A stretch of DNA of 64,000 bases from a virus, in the IMG/VR virus record IMGVR_UViG_3300010151_000009, positions 20,512 through 84,511 of that record; one strand, given 5' to 3'. Below the pieces are notes generated by a model. The model was not told where the DNA came from and searched no databases. It saw only the letters and a list, made by a program, of their open reading frames with translations. Position numbers and translations under genes: made by a program. Positions 10,442 through 22,500 of the stretch are shown in pieces. Every line of letters starts with the position of its first letter. Position 1 is the stretch's first letter.

Positions 10442-10460
10442 TGCTTTTTATTTTAAATTA

Positions 10461-11222
10461 TTATTGTTCAGTTTGTTGTTGTGAAGACTTAGGTGTTCCT
10501 CCCACAGTTCTAAGATCTTGAGTTCTATCAGTTAAGATATCACTAAAAGTTCCCGTTAATAAGGCTAATTCACCGCCTACTAATCCTTGATTAATTAAAT
10601 TTACCATATCCCAAGGAATAGGATAATCCGTTATATCATCATCATAACAGATTGATCCATCAACACAATCTGTAAACTCTGATATCTCTTGGGGATTTTG
10701 AAAGACTCCTCTAACATTAATATACTTAAGTCCTTGTGCTCCCCATATAAACATACGATCTCCTAACATATAAGCTTTCATCATATCACTTGTATATTTA
10801 TCAAACCCTAAGAAAGGAATCATATTTGCATTAATAAAAGGAATCTTACCGGTTCCTGATACATCCCCTACATATGTTATAGCTTCCTCAAAATTATAAC
10901 GTACAGTTTTAGGAATTGTTAATTTTGTTCTATAGACACTACATCCAGTTTTAAGAGAGGGCTCATGACAATGCACTGCTACTCCTTTCTGAATATGTTG
11001 TATACAATTATTTGCATCTACTTTCTCTAGTTCTAAACAGCCTAAATTTTGTTCTACATGTCTACTAGTAAATCCATTTCGAGCATGATCTCTTCTAATA
11101 AACATTGCTCTATAATGCTGTATATTAAACTTAATTTGAGGAATAGATATATGTTCATCATGATTAGATCTACCTCCTCGTAAGAGATTTAATAAATTAT
11201 ATGCTAGTTCATTTAATGTCAT
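10461..11222 (-). CDS. Tail ring protein (crAss-like)
   Basis: MTLNELAYNLL...QIKFNIQHYRAMFI...QNLGCLELEKVD...INVRGVFQNP...YPIP pattern; synteny. Confidence 0.65.
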   Translation of the reverse strand: MTLNELAYNLLNLLRGGRSNHDEHISIPQIKFNIQHYRAMFIRRDHARNGFTSRHVEQNLGCLELEKVDANNCIQHIQKGVAVHCHEPSLKTGCSVYRTKLTIPKTVRYNFEEAITYVGDVSGTGKIPFINANMIPFLGFDKYTSDMMKAYMLGDRMFIWGAQGLKYINVRGVFQNPQEISEFTDCVDGSICYDDDITDYPIPWDMVNLINQGLVGGELALLTGTFSDILTDRTQDLRTVGGTPKSSQQQTEQ

Positions 11223-11614
11223 TATTTTTTAACCTTTTCGAACGATCTACCTCCAAAATACGCTCCGATTACAGTTATGAGTACTAGTTGAAGGAGGTCT
11301 GTCCATTTTTCTTCAACGTTAAATGCTATTTCTCCAGCATCAATAAAAATCATTAACACTGTAGAAACAACTAAAAATACAAGAACTGCTGGTCTAACAT
11401 TCTTAGCTAACCAAGAATCAGAATTCATATCAGATTTCCAACGATCTGTTATTGTTTTCTCCATCTCTACTTCATAGTTAGAGATTAGTTCTTTTACTTT
11501 TTGTTCAGCTGCAAGCTTTTCTTCTTTTGATGTAGTTAAATCATCAATAACACCCCCAACTCCTTTAACTAACTCAGTAGCTCCACCTGAAAATATTGTA
11601 CTTAATATACTCAT
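11222..11614 (-). CDS. Holin (3TM/GTA-type)
   Basis: RWKSDMNSDSWLAKNVRP followed by two TM helices and AYFGGRSFEK, the hallmark of this holin family; adjacent to the putative endolysin. Confidence 0.85.
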   Translation of the reverse strand: MSILSTIFSGGATELVKGVGGVIDDLTTSKEEKLAAEQKVKELISNYEVEMEKTITDRWKSDMNSDSWLAKNVRPAVLVFLVVSTVLMIFIDAGEIAFNVEEKWTDLLQLVLITVIGAYFGGRSFEKVKK

Positions 11615-11618
11615 AATT

Positions 11619-12089
11619 TTATTTTTTATCTAAATCTATATAGGTTATTGTTACTTCTTCTCCATCTTCTAAAGCTTTAGCAATTGGCGGATATACTCTC
11701 GCATACGCTTGAGTAGAACTACCAATGAATCCATCCTTTTTAATAATATTACTCGTTTGACTATCACCCAAGAGTAAACAACCTGCAGTATGGTCATCAG
11801 TATTACCACAATGAATGAGAATATACTTAAAATTAGGTACATTACGCACATGAAGAGTGCCCCTATGTACACCAGGAAATCTTTTAACGTATTTTTCATG
11901 TAATCTTCCAACTGTTCTTAAAGTTATTTTATAAGTTCCTTGCGGAATTCTTGTTTCTGTTCTAATTTTCTCTTCTCTATACTCATCTTCTAGAGTATAA
12001 CAAAGAAATTCTATACCATTCGTTACATCAAATAGCAGTCCGCTCGTAGAGTCTTTTTGACTACTAAATCTTAATACTTGTAACTTCAT
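11619..12089 (-). CDS. DUF5675-family putative endolysin (L,D-transpeptidase-like)
   Basis: CYTLED, TRIPQGTY, ILIHCGNTDDHTAGCLLLG motifs; likely start is MKLQVLR at 12089, overlapping the upstream stop (TAATG). Confidence 0.8.
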   Translation of the reverse strand: MKLQVLRFSSQKDSTSGLLFDVTNGIEFLCYTLEDEYREEKIRTETRIPQGTYKITLRTVGRLHEKYVKRFPGVHRGTLHVRNVPNFKYILIHCGNTDDHTAGCLLLGDSQTSNIIKKDGFIGSSTQAYARVYPPIAKALEDGEEVTITYIDLDKK

Positions 12090-12460
12090 TATCCTGCTGT
12101 CCAATAGCCAAACTCAATCTCCGGTGTATTTGCAGATGCTTTAGCAATTAGACTCATTTCCTCTTCATTTAAAGCTGTTTTATAAAAACAGATTTCTCCT
12201 GGTCCTAATAGAGCCATGCCAACAGCGCCATGAAGAATTGTAATAGTATCTGTAGTATCTTTATTTTGAGCATAAAGCCAAGTTGGTTTAGTCATTGCTA
12301 TAGTATGTAAAGTCACTCCTGCAACTGACGTTGCTATTATAGAAGTATTTACTAAAGGACTTTCAACCGTTAAAGTATCTGATACATTAAGACCATATGA
12401 TTCTGTAGTCGAAATATTGATGCTAGTAAGTCTTAGGTTTGGTGTTAATGTTCTTGCCAT
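12089..12460 (-). CDS. Hypothetical beta-rich virion-associated protein
   Basis: 123 aa in the structural operon; WLYAQNKD...LGPGEICF pattern. Confidence 0.5.
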   Translation of the reverse strand: MARTLTPNLRLTSINISTTESYGLNVSDTLTVESPLVNTSIIATSVAGVTLHTIAMTKPTWLYAQNKDTTDTITILHGAVGMALLGPGEICFYKTALNEEEMSLIAKASANTPEIEFGYWTAG

Positions 12461-12492
12461 AATTTCTAATTTATTTATTTATTAATTTATTT

Positions 12493-12870
12493 TTATAAGT
12501 ATTCATTTATAACGGCTTGAACTTCTTTTTTCGTTGCCCCCATCTTAAATCTTAGACAGGCTTCAAATCGTTCAACCTCTTTTCCGTTAAAAACTATTAT
12601 TGTTGGTACATATCGGATATTATATTTAGCTTTTATTTTTGTCAGCATAGCTTCATTAGTTATAAGTATCCTTGTTACTCCACAATTTTGTAAAGAGTCC
12701 AGCCAATTTACACTATTATCTTCGTTCCATCCAGCATTAAATTCTACAACACAAAGGTCTTGTTTACAAAATTTAGTACTCTGTCCAAATGCAGTCCCAC
12801 AAATAACTATAAAAATTATAACTAAAATATATACACAAAATATTCTCCAAGTATCTGTAATTTTATTCAT
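12493..12870 (-). CDS. Thioredoxin-fold protein with N-terminal signal/TM segment, lacking the CxxC active site
   Basis: VVEFNAGWN (WCxxC position reads WNEDN), KYNIRYVPTIIVFNGKEVERF cis-Pro motif; hydrophobic N-terminus ending TAFG. Confidence 0.7.
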   Translation of the reverse strand: MNKITDTWRIFCVYILVIIFIVICGTAFGQSTKFCKQDLCVVEFNAGWNEDNSVNWLDSLQNCGVTRILITNEAMLTKIKAKYNIRYVPTIIVFNGKEVERFEACLRFKMGATKKEVQAVINEYL

Positions 12871-13132
12871 AAAGTTTTTGTTTTATAAGTTTAATATCTT
12901 CTTTCATTTCTATAATATCGTCTTGAGTATTCATAATAGTTTGACGCACTAATTCATCTTTCATGTCAAACTCTATCCTAGTTACATCTTGTACAGGAAG
13001 TTCCTTTGCTTCTGTAATTTCTGCTTGTAAAGTAAAGTACATTGCTGTAATTGCTACTAAGGTTGTTCCTATTGTTATTAAAGTTTCAACACTCAGTATA
13101 AATTTTGTTTTTTTATTAAGTTCTGTTGTCAT
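12863..13132 (-). CDS. Single-TM coiled-coil membrane protein (lysis-cassette associated)
   Basis: One TM helix (LITIGTTLVAITAMYFTL) plus a C-terminal heptad pattern. Confidence 0.5.
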   Translation of the reverse strand: MTTELNKKTKFILSVETLITIGTTLVAITAMYFTLQAEITEAKELPVQDVTRIEFDMKDELVRQTIMNTQDDIIEMKEDIKLIKQKLYE

Positions 13133-13137
13133 GTGTT

Positions 13138-13377
13138 TTATTGTTCTTCTTCTTCAGTCCAGTCTTTACTTTGTAAAATACCAATCATTTCATGATGATT
13201 ATATTCTCTTTTACCATCTAAAAAATTAGGTGTCTCACCGTCAAATTTTACAAAAGTTTCTGAATCATCAAGTGAATATCTTAACGTAGATATTGATGTT
13301 TCATTTACCTGTGTAAAATCAATTGTTCCAACTTCTGAGGAATCTATTATTATATATTTTCTATGTTCGTAATTCAT
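13138..13377 (-). CDS. Small phage protein adjoining the LamG gene
   Basis: 79 aa; IDFTQVNETSISTLRYSLD..TFVKFDGETP pattern; tightly coupled to the upstream gene. Confidence 0.55.
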   Translation of the reverse strand: MNYEHRKYIIIDSSEVGTIDFTQVNETSISTLRYSLDDSETFVKFDGETPNFLDGKREYNHHEMIGILQSKDWTEEEEQ

Positions 13378-13379
13378 TT

Positions 13380-15314
13380 TTATGGTCTATCTGTTGATTT
13401 AAGTATGTCTGGATTATTACTATTTCCAACACTAATGTTATTTTCATTTATAGAATCTGTTAAAATATCACTAGATCCATCAAATGTGTCATCATTAATT
13501 TTGTAATATCCAATTAGTTTATCCGATGATCCTTCTAAGCCTGCTAAATTTACACTACTTCCAGGAGTACCAGAAGGATTAATAGCTTCCATTTCTTCGT
13601 CTGATAAAGTATTATTATAAACACCAATATTAGCAATATGTCCCATATCTCTATAGATATTTACTTTTAATCCTGATTCAGCGTTAAATGCAGTTAGAAA
13701 GTTTTCATCTGCTATAGTTCCAAGATCAGTTCCATTAGCAAAACAAGTCATTGAGCCATTTGTCTTGTCTACAGAAAATGTAAGATGATTCCAAGAAGTC
13801 ATTGATATTGAAGGATTTCCTGTTGTAAATCCAGCATAAAACCAAGTACCCTCTATCCTTATTCTAAGAAATGGATACGTTGAATTTCCATGCATTGTAA
13901 TTTGATTATTATCATCCCACTTCAAAATAGTCCACCATGTATTTCCTACTGCTTGTGCTTTAAACCAAAAAGTAAAAGCAAAATTATGATCGTCTATAGT
14001 CCATAATTCATCACTAAATTCCGGACTTAATACATACCCCCATGCAGCATCTGCAAAATAAGAATGTGTTGAGTATCCTGCTGTAGCAATATTATAAGGA
14101 CCAAATGTTTGAGTTTGTATATCTTCTCCATCTACATTTTTTGTATATAATGTAATATCCTCACCTGCTTCCGCAGGAGTCCATGTATATGTTTCACCAG
14201 TATTTATTAATTCTAACATATCTGCATCTGAATACCAAGTTACTACTGCATTAGCACCTGCTTTAGGTTGAAAGAAAGATGTTTCCTCATCTATATAAAC
14301 AGATGAAGGAATAGTTCCACCTACAAATAAAGGTAATTGACTTGTTGTAATACTTGATACAGAAGTAACTGTAGCATTTATTAAAGTCATATTTAAATCG
14401 TTATCAGCTATTTTATTAGTAATGGTTGTATTTGAATCTACTTCTGTATCTAAATACCAATAATTTGTTGGTTGTATACCAGCAGTTCTTGGATCTACAG
14501 CCATTATTTTTGATTGATTAAGAGTTCCACCAGTAGGCGGATCCTCACCTGCTCTTGCTCCTCCATCATATATATCATTTACTTCTGCTAAACTTAATGC
14601 TCTATCTTTATAAAAAGATAATGATCCAAAAGTAAAATCATCTCCAGTTTGATGTTGGATATATCTTAGATTATGTTCAAGAGTTGCTGGATATATTGTA
14701 TAATCAGATGGTCCTCCTGCATATTGTTGAGAATAGTATGTAACTTCTTTTCCATTTACATATAGTTTAATATCAGTTAAAGTAGTAGAAGTTGTTTTTA
14801 CAATTGTAGCTTTATGCCATCCCCCTACATTTTGTACTCCTGTTAAATGATCAGTTTCAGCATTACCATCTCCCTGTATATAAGCCCATCCTCCAGGACT
14901 ATTGTCATCATACCAAGTAGCAGGATAAAACATCCATACACGTAATTTTATTTTTGCAGTACCTGATACATAAGCTTGAAGATTCATATATCCTTCTGAT
15001 GTATTATTAGATCTTACTTCAAATTGAAAAATTTGATTTCCACTTATTAATCCATTATGTACTCTAAATTCCACATCAAAAGTCCATGCTTGAGTAGGAT
15101 CTTCTAACATATTAAGCATTGCCTGTAAATTAGCTGGTGGTTCTCCTGAACTGTCAGATACCTGAAATCTATCATTAGAACCATCAAGATACATAGATTT
15201 AGTATAAACTTGTCCTCCTGTAGGAGCAGACCATTCCCCTCCTCCTCCTCCTTCTACTATGGGGGCTTTTCTAATCCTCTTAACGGATAAGCTATTTCCA
15301 AATGCTAGTCTCAT
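13380..15314 (-). CDS. Concanavalin A/LamG-domain virion protein (two lectin-like domains), candidate receptor-binding or decoration protein
   Basis: SMYLDGSND, WHKATIV...KLYVNG...RALSLAEVNDIY; second domain FAFTFWFK...WNHLTFS...FANG...IGVYNNTLSDEE. Confidence 0.75.
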   Translation of the reverse strand: MRLAFGNSLSVKRIRKAPIVEGGGGGEWSAPTGGQVYTKSMYLDGSNDRFQVSDSSGEPPANLQAMLNMLEDPTQAWTFDVEFRVHNGLISGNQIFQFEVRSNNTSEGYMNLQAYVSGTAKIKLRVWMFYPATWYDDNSPGGWAYIQGDGNAETDHLTGVQNVGGWHKATIVKTTSTTLTDIKLYVNGKEVTYYSQQYAGGPSDYTIYPATLEHNLRYIQHQTGDDFTFGSLSFYKDRALSLAEVNDIYDGGARAGEDPPTGGTLNQSKIMAVDPRTAGIQPTNYWYLDTEVDSNTTITNKIADNDLNMTLINATVTSVSSITTSQLPLFVGGTIPSSVYIDEETSFFQPKAGANAVVTWYSDADMLELINTGETYTWTPAEAGEDITLYTKNVDGEDIQTQTFGPYNIATAGYSTHSYFADAAWGYVLSPEFSDELWTIDDHNFAFTFWFKAQAVGNTWWTILKWDDNNQITMHGNSTYPFLRIRIEGTWFYAGFTTGNPSISMTSWNHLTFSVDKTNGSMTCFANGTDLGTIADENFLTAFNAESGLKVNIYRDMGHIANIGVYNNTLSDEEMEAINPSGTPGSSVNLAGLEGSSDKLIGYYKINDDTFDGSSDILTDSINENNISVGNSNNPDILKSTDRP

Positions 15315-15316
15315 TT

Positions 15317-15808
15317 TTATCCTGCTTTATAAAGAATTACCGGTCCTCCTGAAGCTATCTCCATTTGTGTTACATCTGCATATATAACAGTTCCAGCGGG
15401 ATAAGTTGTTGCCATTGTTCCAGAACAATTAGTAGCTGCAAATGCTCCAAGTTCTGTTTCATTGATAAACTGTGCAGCATAATATGTTCCTGCTTCAGGT
15501 TCAACAGCTCCTGATGTATGTACTAAAAATCCATGTTTCCCAAAAGATAATTTATCTAAGCTATCTGTTCTAGTTGCCACAGTTGCTACAGAACCAGCAG
15601 TATTTGTATTCTGAGTTGCAGAAGTTGCAGCTGAAGTAGCTATAGCTGTATTCTGGGTTGCTGATGTTGCTGTTGATGTTGCTATTGCGGTAGTTTTTGT
15701 TGCTGTTAAAGCTATGTTAGTATCATCCAATGTAACATCCCCAGTCATTGCTACTTGTTTATCTACTAGTTGTTTTAAGAGTATCTCTCTATCTGTTCGT
15801 GGTTTCAT
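15317..15808 (-). CDS. Small fiber-like virion protein with Thr/Ala repeats
   Basis: TAIATSTATSATQN / TAIATSAATSATQN tandem repeat and a beta-rich C-terminal domain. Confidence 0.55.
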   Translation of the reverse strand: MKPRTDREILLKQLVDKQVAMTGDVTLDDTNIALTATKTTAIATSTATSATQNTAIATSAATSATQNTNTAGSVATVATRTDSLDKLSFGKHGFLVHTSGAVEPEAGTYYAAQFINETELGAFAATNCSGTMATTYPAGTVIYADVTQMEIASGGPVILYKAG

Positions 15809-15813
15809 ACTAT

Positions 15814-16230
15814 TTATTCATTTATTAATAATTTAATACCTGTTAATTGTTTACCTGAAATGTCTTCAGGGAGCACCTCGTGAGGTATTTTTTCAAGGTG
15901 AATTTCTATTTCTTCTGTTAACATTCCATCTACTTTTTCTAGTTGTACCTTTCTCTCATCTACTAACGCTTTATTTTCTTTTTCAAGTTCTTTTACCATG
16001 TCTTGTCCATTTTCTGGATTAGCTTGAGCAATTTCTTGAACTCTGTTAGCAAGTTTCATAAATTCTTCAGAAGGTTTTCCTATCTCTTCAACTTCCTTTA
16101 AAGCAGTTTTAATAATTTGGATATTTTTACTTACAAGTAAACCAAAAGATTTTCCTGGCATTTCTTGAACGTTAAATAATCCATTAATTGTTTCTACTAA
16201 TTCTCTTTTTTGTACATTGATCTTTGTCAT
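15814..16230 (-). CDS. Hypothetical helical protein, possible fiber assembly chaperone
   Basis: 138 aa; SKNIQIIKTALKEVE...EEIEIHLEKI pattern; lies among fiber genes. Confidence 0.4.
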   Translation of the reverse strand: MTKINVQKRELVETINGLFNVQEMPGKSFGLLVSKNIQIIKTALKEVEEIGKPSEEFMKLANRVQEIAQANPENGQDMVKELEKENKALVDERKVQLEKVDGMLTEEIEIHLEKIPHEVLPEDISGKQLTGIKLLINE

Positions 16231-16260
16231 TTTAATTTGATTTTGATTATTAATTATTGT

Positions 16261-16569
16261 CTAAGGTTGGTTTATTGGTAGTGCATTTTCACAATCGTCA
16301 CAGTGCTGATTTACAAAATTAACAAAATAATTATAATATTCGTCCTTTTGTAGCATATTTGTCACTAAATCACATGTATATAAGCACTCTAGGCCATCTT
16401 TAAGTATAAGATACTCAATAAAAAGTATTACCCATGTGTGTAAAGTACTACAATGATCAAGCATGCCTAATTGTATTTTATTTTGATATCGAGTCCCTCT
16501 AACTACTAAACATTGTTTTAGTTTTGCTAGTAAGGCTTGATGTTGTTGTGGTGGTGGTGTCCAAGTCAT
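16261..16569 (-). CDS. Small Cys-containing structural protein (tail-hub-like)
   Basis: 102 aa with several Cys (HCDDCE); synteny after the giant repeat protein. Confidence 0.4.
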   Translation of the reverse strand: MTWTPPPQQHQALLAKLKQCLVVRGTRYQNKIQLGMLDHCSTLHTWVILFIEYLILKDGLECLYTCDLVTNMLQKDEYYNYFVNFVNQHCDDCENALPINQP

Positions 16570-16581
16570 AATTTTAAATTT

Positions 16582-19500
16582 TTAAATTGAATCTGGGTCG
16601 CTTTGACAATGGCTTATATTTAAATAATATCCCATTAATGTCTCAACACAGTTACATGGGCCATCACAACATGGTACCCACGCCATTCTATTACTATCTA
16701 TGTTTCCAGGATCTAAAACGTCTGATATATGTATTGTAGCTATATCAGGTGATCCACTCCAAGGTGATATATTAGCACAAAAAGCTAATCCAGCACCATA
16801 AGTATTCAAAGGATCATCTACATATCCTGCAGTTCCAGATGCTTTTACTAATTTTGCTTTTAAGGCATTTCCTTTAGCAGCACTTAAACTATAAGCATGT
16901 GTAATAGCACCTACAATATAATCTCCCCATGTTATATATGTACCCGGGAAACACGTATTTGAAATAGCTATTATTCTTCTTTTAATTTGGCTAGTTCCTG
17001 AAATAGCATTGTCCTCACAACACTCGTCTGGCCAATTGGTATTACAAGGGTCACAAGTTAATCCTCCGTATGTAGATAAATCTGCCCAAATTCCATGTAA
17101 TGAAACAATTCCATTACATAAGGTTTCTGCATTAGGCCAGCAATTATATGCAGCAAAATCTATTGCATTTTGCAATCCTAAAGTAACCATAGCTCCACAA
17201 TCTTGCCATAATACTAGTGGATTAACTGCACATGTATCTATTGCTGTAGCCGGTACGGGTATACAATCAAATCTAGGACAGTACTCACAACAATCAGGTC
17301 TAAGATCTAAATCTAAATCAGGACATGGAATAGTTGCGGTCGAATCATAGTTTAATGCTTCAGGATCAGTACATCCTTCACCAGGATATATACAACAACA
17401 GTCACATGTAGCTGCCGCGTCATAATTTATTGCTGTTGCATCCATACACCCATAAACACAGTAATCACAACATGGTGGAACTCCTGTAGTGTTTGGAATA
17501 AGTGCTGGTGTAGATCCATCACAATTTGCAGTAGCTGCTGGATTGTAATTAGTAGCTGCTGGATCCATGCAATCACAAAGTGTAAAGTTACTAACTACAA
17601 TTGGAACACAGTGTTCAGCACAAATTGCTTGAGGGAAATTAGCACAAGCATTCCACACTTCATCATGACAAAATTGATATGTATCATTTCCTGTAATAGG
17701 AGCACTATAAGTTGCGGTATATGACCCTGGATTAGGGGGCACAGTATCAACACCACTAGCAATAATAGCTCCGGAACTATTTTCAAATCTCCAAGTTATA
17801 GTTCCTCCACAAGCTGGATTCACGCCATTAGCCATACAATTAAGTCCAGCAAAAATAGTACCATTTGTAACACATCCTCCTGCAATATTTGTCCATGTAG
17901 TTACTCCACATCCACATCCACTTACCGTTGTACAACAAGGATTACAATTCTGATGTAATGACCAATCAGGCGGGTTAGCTGCATTTGTGTTAATAGCAGG
18001 TTGAACTGTATTACACGGTGCAGAATTATAATAATTAGGAGAACTAGAATTACTACAAACATTCACTAGTACATTTTGTTCTCCAGATTCAAAACATTGA
18101 TCTCCTTCAGTATGACCTGTAGAAGGTATTAATTTATAAGCATACCAACCCCAATCTAATCCTGTAAATGTAAATGTTGGAATTGGTAATCCTCCTTGAG
18201 AAGAAATTAATATAGCTCCACCTGAACTCCAATCGTTACCATTTGCAGTAGTAGCATAAAGTTCAATAGTCCATGTTATTGGTGCAAAAGGAATATAATA
18301 AGACGTTACAGCCATTCCAGGAGCATTTCCAACTACTGATAAAGTTCCATCTGCTGGTGCTCCACAATTAGTAGATACCTGAGTGGAAGACGAAGTAGGT
18401 CCACTCGGACCAATTATATGTCCTAAATCATCTGCAGCTCCTACTATTTGAGTATAATCTTCAATCCATCCAGTTGTAGCATCACAATATCTACAATCTA
18501 CAACTGAACTTCCAGTAGCAAATGGATCATAATTTAATGCAAGTGGATCAGTACACCCAGCTGTACATTGACTACATGATAAATCATCACAAACAGCTGC
18601 TGGATCAAAGTTACATACATCATATCCATCTACACAAGGGAATATACATGGATTACCCAAACTATCATTACCATTTATATCTGGATTTGATCCAGGGGTA
18701 GTATCTGTACATCCCATTGGACAACAAGGTCCAGGACATGTGCAAGTTGGACAATACCATGGATTTAATGAATCTTGACATCCTGCAGTACAATTTACAC
18801 AACATGAAATATCTCCATAAGTTCCTGCGAATACATATGCTGTACTACCAGGAGGATTTCCAACGCAGTCACATGTTGCAGTTGCATCATAATTTCCAGG
18901 GAAAGAATAATTAACCCAATCCATACACCCATTCGCACAAGGTTGACAACATGAGTCATATCCAAGATTCATTGGTCCTGAAGTAGCATCTCCAGGTATT
19001 GTTAAAGGATCACCATTACAATCACAGGTTGCTGTTGGATCATAATTTATATATCCAGGAGTTACTGCACATCCTGTATTACAGTACTCACAACAACATC
19101 CATCTGCATTTGTTAAAATAGTTTGACCGCCTACGCATGGGGCTCCAAACGTTCCATCACAAGGACAATCTGCTGTTACATCATAATTAGTTGCTACAGG
19201 ATCCATACATCCATAAGTTGTACAATATAAACAACAATCATTATCATTTACTATATTATAAGGATTAACACTATTACAAGGGCATCCCGCTGAAGCATCA
19301 AAGTTTATAGCAGTTGGGTCAGTACATCCAGGATAAGTACAACATGTAGTTGATGCTCCTCCCATTACTTGATCACAATCCGCGCATGCAGCTGCATCAT
19401 AATTACAAGCTCCAACTAAAGTAGCATGATTCGCATTAACGGTTGTAATATCTGGGCATCCATCTATTAAACAACAAGAACCATCATCACAAGTTGCAGT

Positions 19501-22500
19501 TGGGTCAAAATTAAAAGCTAATGGATCTGTACATCCATAAACACACGGAATACAACAACAATCAGGTCCGGTTTGGCCTAAGACGCATGGAGGCCCGTAT
19601 AAAGCAGCTAATGGATCTGAATCATCACAATGACAAGTAGCAGCAGAGTTATAATTAGAAGCTAATGGATCCATACATCCGTATATACAACAAGCTGGTG
19701 TAGGAGTTCCTACTGTTACTTGCCAAGATGTAGCAAACATTCCTAATGTTCCTGATCCTATAGTTGTAGCTGTATTTACATCTATAAGACTCCAAGCTAA
19801 ATAATTTCCAATAATATCAGGAGGAACTACTAAACAAGTCTCTACAAGATAACAATCATCTTCAGCACAAAATATATCAGCTGAGAATGTAGTAATAGTA
19901 GGATATGCAACACTATTTGAAGTCCAAGTATATGGTCCATATACTGTTCCTGTATTTTGACCTGTAAGAGTAATAGTACAAGTATCCCATGCTAGATCCA
20001 TTCCACTTAAATTATCATCAGATAATACTAATTCAATTTCAGTTTGTCCAGGAGGACACCCACAACAATCATTATCATCTGTCCCATCACATAATGTACA
20101 ACATGGGCAGGTAGCTAGTGGATTATAATTTCCTGCTGTTGGGTCCATACAACCACATACAGGTAAAGTAATAGCTTGTGTATATTCATGATTACATACT
20201 GTTCCGTCTGCATAAGTTACTGTAGCAATCCATTTATATGTACCATCTCCATTAGCAAAGTATGGTGCTCCAGAGTTAAGTAGTGTATTACAATCTTCTA
20301 TAATTGAATGTGTATATGTTGTATTTACCCCACTATCTGTCTGCACATTAGCATTTATAACAGTAAATACAGCAGGAGCAATTTCATATGAAAGTGACCA
20401 TACAACAGTGGTAATAGGAGATGGACCTGGAGTAGGGCAAGTTAACATAACCCACATATCTACTACACATGGACCATTTGTTGCTCCAGTTCCAGAAGTT
20501 AATCCAGTACATTGAGCACAAGGAGTTGGATAAATACAACATCCATCATCATATCCAGGATTAGTAATTGTAAACCCAGCACAATTATCTAATAAGTTTG
20601 TGGCAGGTGTTCCAGGATATAATGATCCAAATCCTCCCATATTATTAATATATGTCATAGGCATAGACCCATCATCTAAACATGCAATACAACTACCATC
20701 ATCTATAGTAGCTCCAGCATTATAATTTGTAGAATTAACATCTGTACACCCATATGTAGCAACACAAACTGAACAATTAGTCGTAGCATGTGTTGCTGCT
20801 ACTGTTGCAGGAACAAGAGCAGGATTAGGTAGTGGTAATCCAGGTCCTGGTAAGGGAAGCATAGAATAATTATATGTATTAGGTAAAACAGGCCATGTAT
20901 CATGACATACCTGTCCCACATATTCCCAGCATGTAAGTGTAGTACCCCATCCACCACCATTAGTATAATATGGCATCATCACTGTTTCTCCCGGAAGAAT
21001 TGAAGCTCCTAATGCAGTTTCGAAAGCATCAAACCAATCTTGATTGTCATCTACAGTTTGAGCTATTGTACTTGCAACAGGAGCAAAGAATTCATTGGAT
21101 CCATTACATGTCTGAAATATATGCCAATAATGACAACAAGAATTCCATCCTACAGCAGTAGTACCTGCAGCTGTACCATCACAGTTATTAGTCCAAACAT
21201 TACTATAATCACCAGCACAAACATCTAAACATCCATTTGTACCATATGTACAAGTTCCATCATCACAATCAGCTGCTGCATTATAGTTAGATGCTAAAGG
21301 GTCTGTACATCCACATACTTCTAAAACTACAGCAGTTATTGGACTACTATAATTACATTTTGTACCGCTAGCACCTCCATAATATAATGAAATATTTACT
21401 TGATAATTTCCGGCTCCATGAATAAACTCATCTATTGAATTAATACAATCATAAGAATATGTTGCACTAATAGGGTCTGTAATAGGGAGTCCTGCAAAAC
21501 TTGTTCCTGCAACTAAAGTATTAGCCCCACCTGGATCAAATCTTAATTCAATATCATAAGTAGCAATTACTCCATTTGTAATTAAATCACATGTAAATAA
21601 AAAGTCATAATCAGTTGGACATGGATTTGATGCATTTGCAGTAAAGGTATTTGTTATAGAAGGAGGATCACAACAAGGATATATACAACAACTTGTATCA
21701 GGACCTCCTAACGTACATAAACAATCAGCATTATAAGATGCACTATAATTAGCTGCAGTTGGATCCATACAGCCTTCATAAAGACAACAAGTATCAACTC
21801 CCCATGTTCCTCCAAGTATATAAGCTGCACTTCCTGGCAGATTATTATTACAATCTGTTGTACAGCCTACACAGGTATTACACGCAGCTGGATCCATACA
21901 TCCTGGTATACACATAAAACAAGAGCCATCATCTATACAAGCCATTGGATCGTAATTACACATCATTGGATCAGTACATCCTAGTGTAGTACAACAAGCA
22001 ATAGTACTATTAAATGAAGATTGATGTAGTACAATTTCAATTAAACTATTTGTACAATTTCCCCAATCAGCAGATCCTATAGTATTACTTATTTGTGCTC
22101 CAGTCGCAGCTCCAGTTATTAATTGATGACAGGTATTTATAAGAGCATCAGTGATAGGTCCAGGTGTAGTAACTGTATGATATACAAACCCTAATGCATT
22201 CGTAGTTCCTATAAGTACATTTCCTCCTCCATTTAGCTCTAGATGTATATCATAACCAGTAACTGGTACACCAAATTGATCTACTACACTTATAGCTAAA
22301 CAATGACAATCTGCACACCCACAAACTCCACTTCCTCCTAATGTATATAAAAAAGGAGTTATAGTATTAACAAAACTAGTTGTTGTTACTCCCACATCAA
22401 AATGTTGTTGAGCTAAATCCCATCCATAATTATCTAAACCACCATATCCTGCATCATGTAGAAGAGCACTTCCACTTCCTCCAGGAACATTATTAACTCC

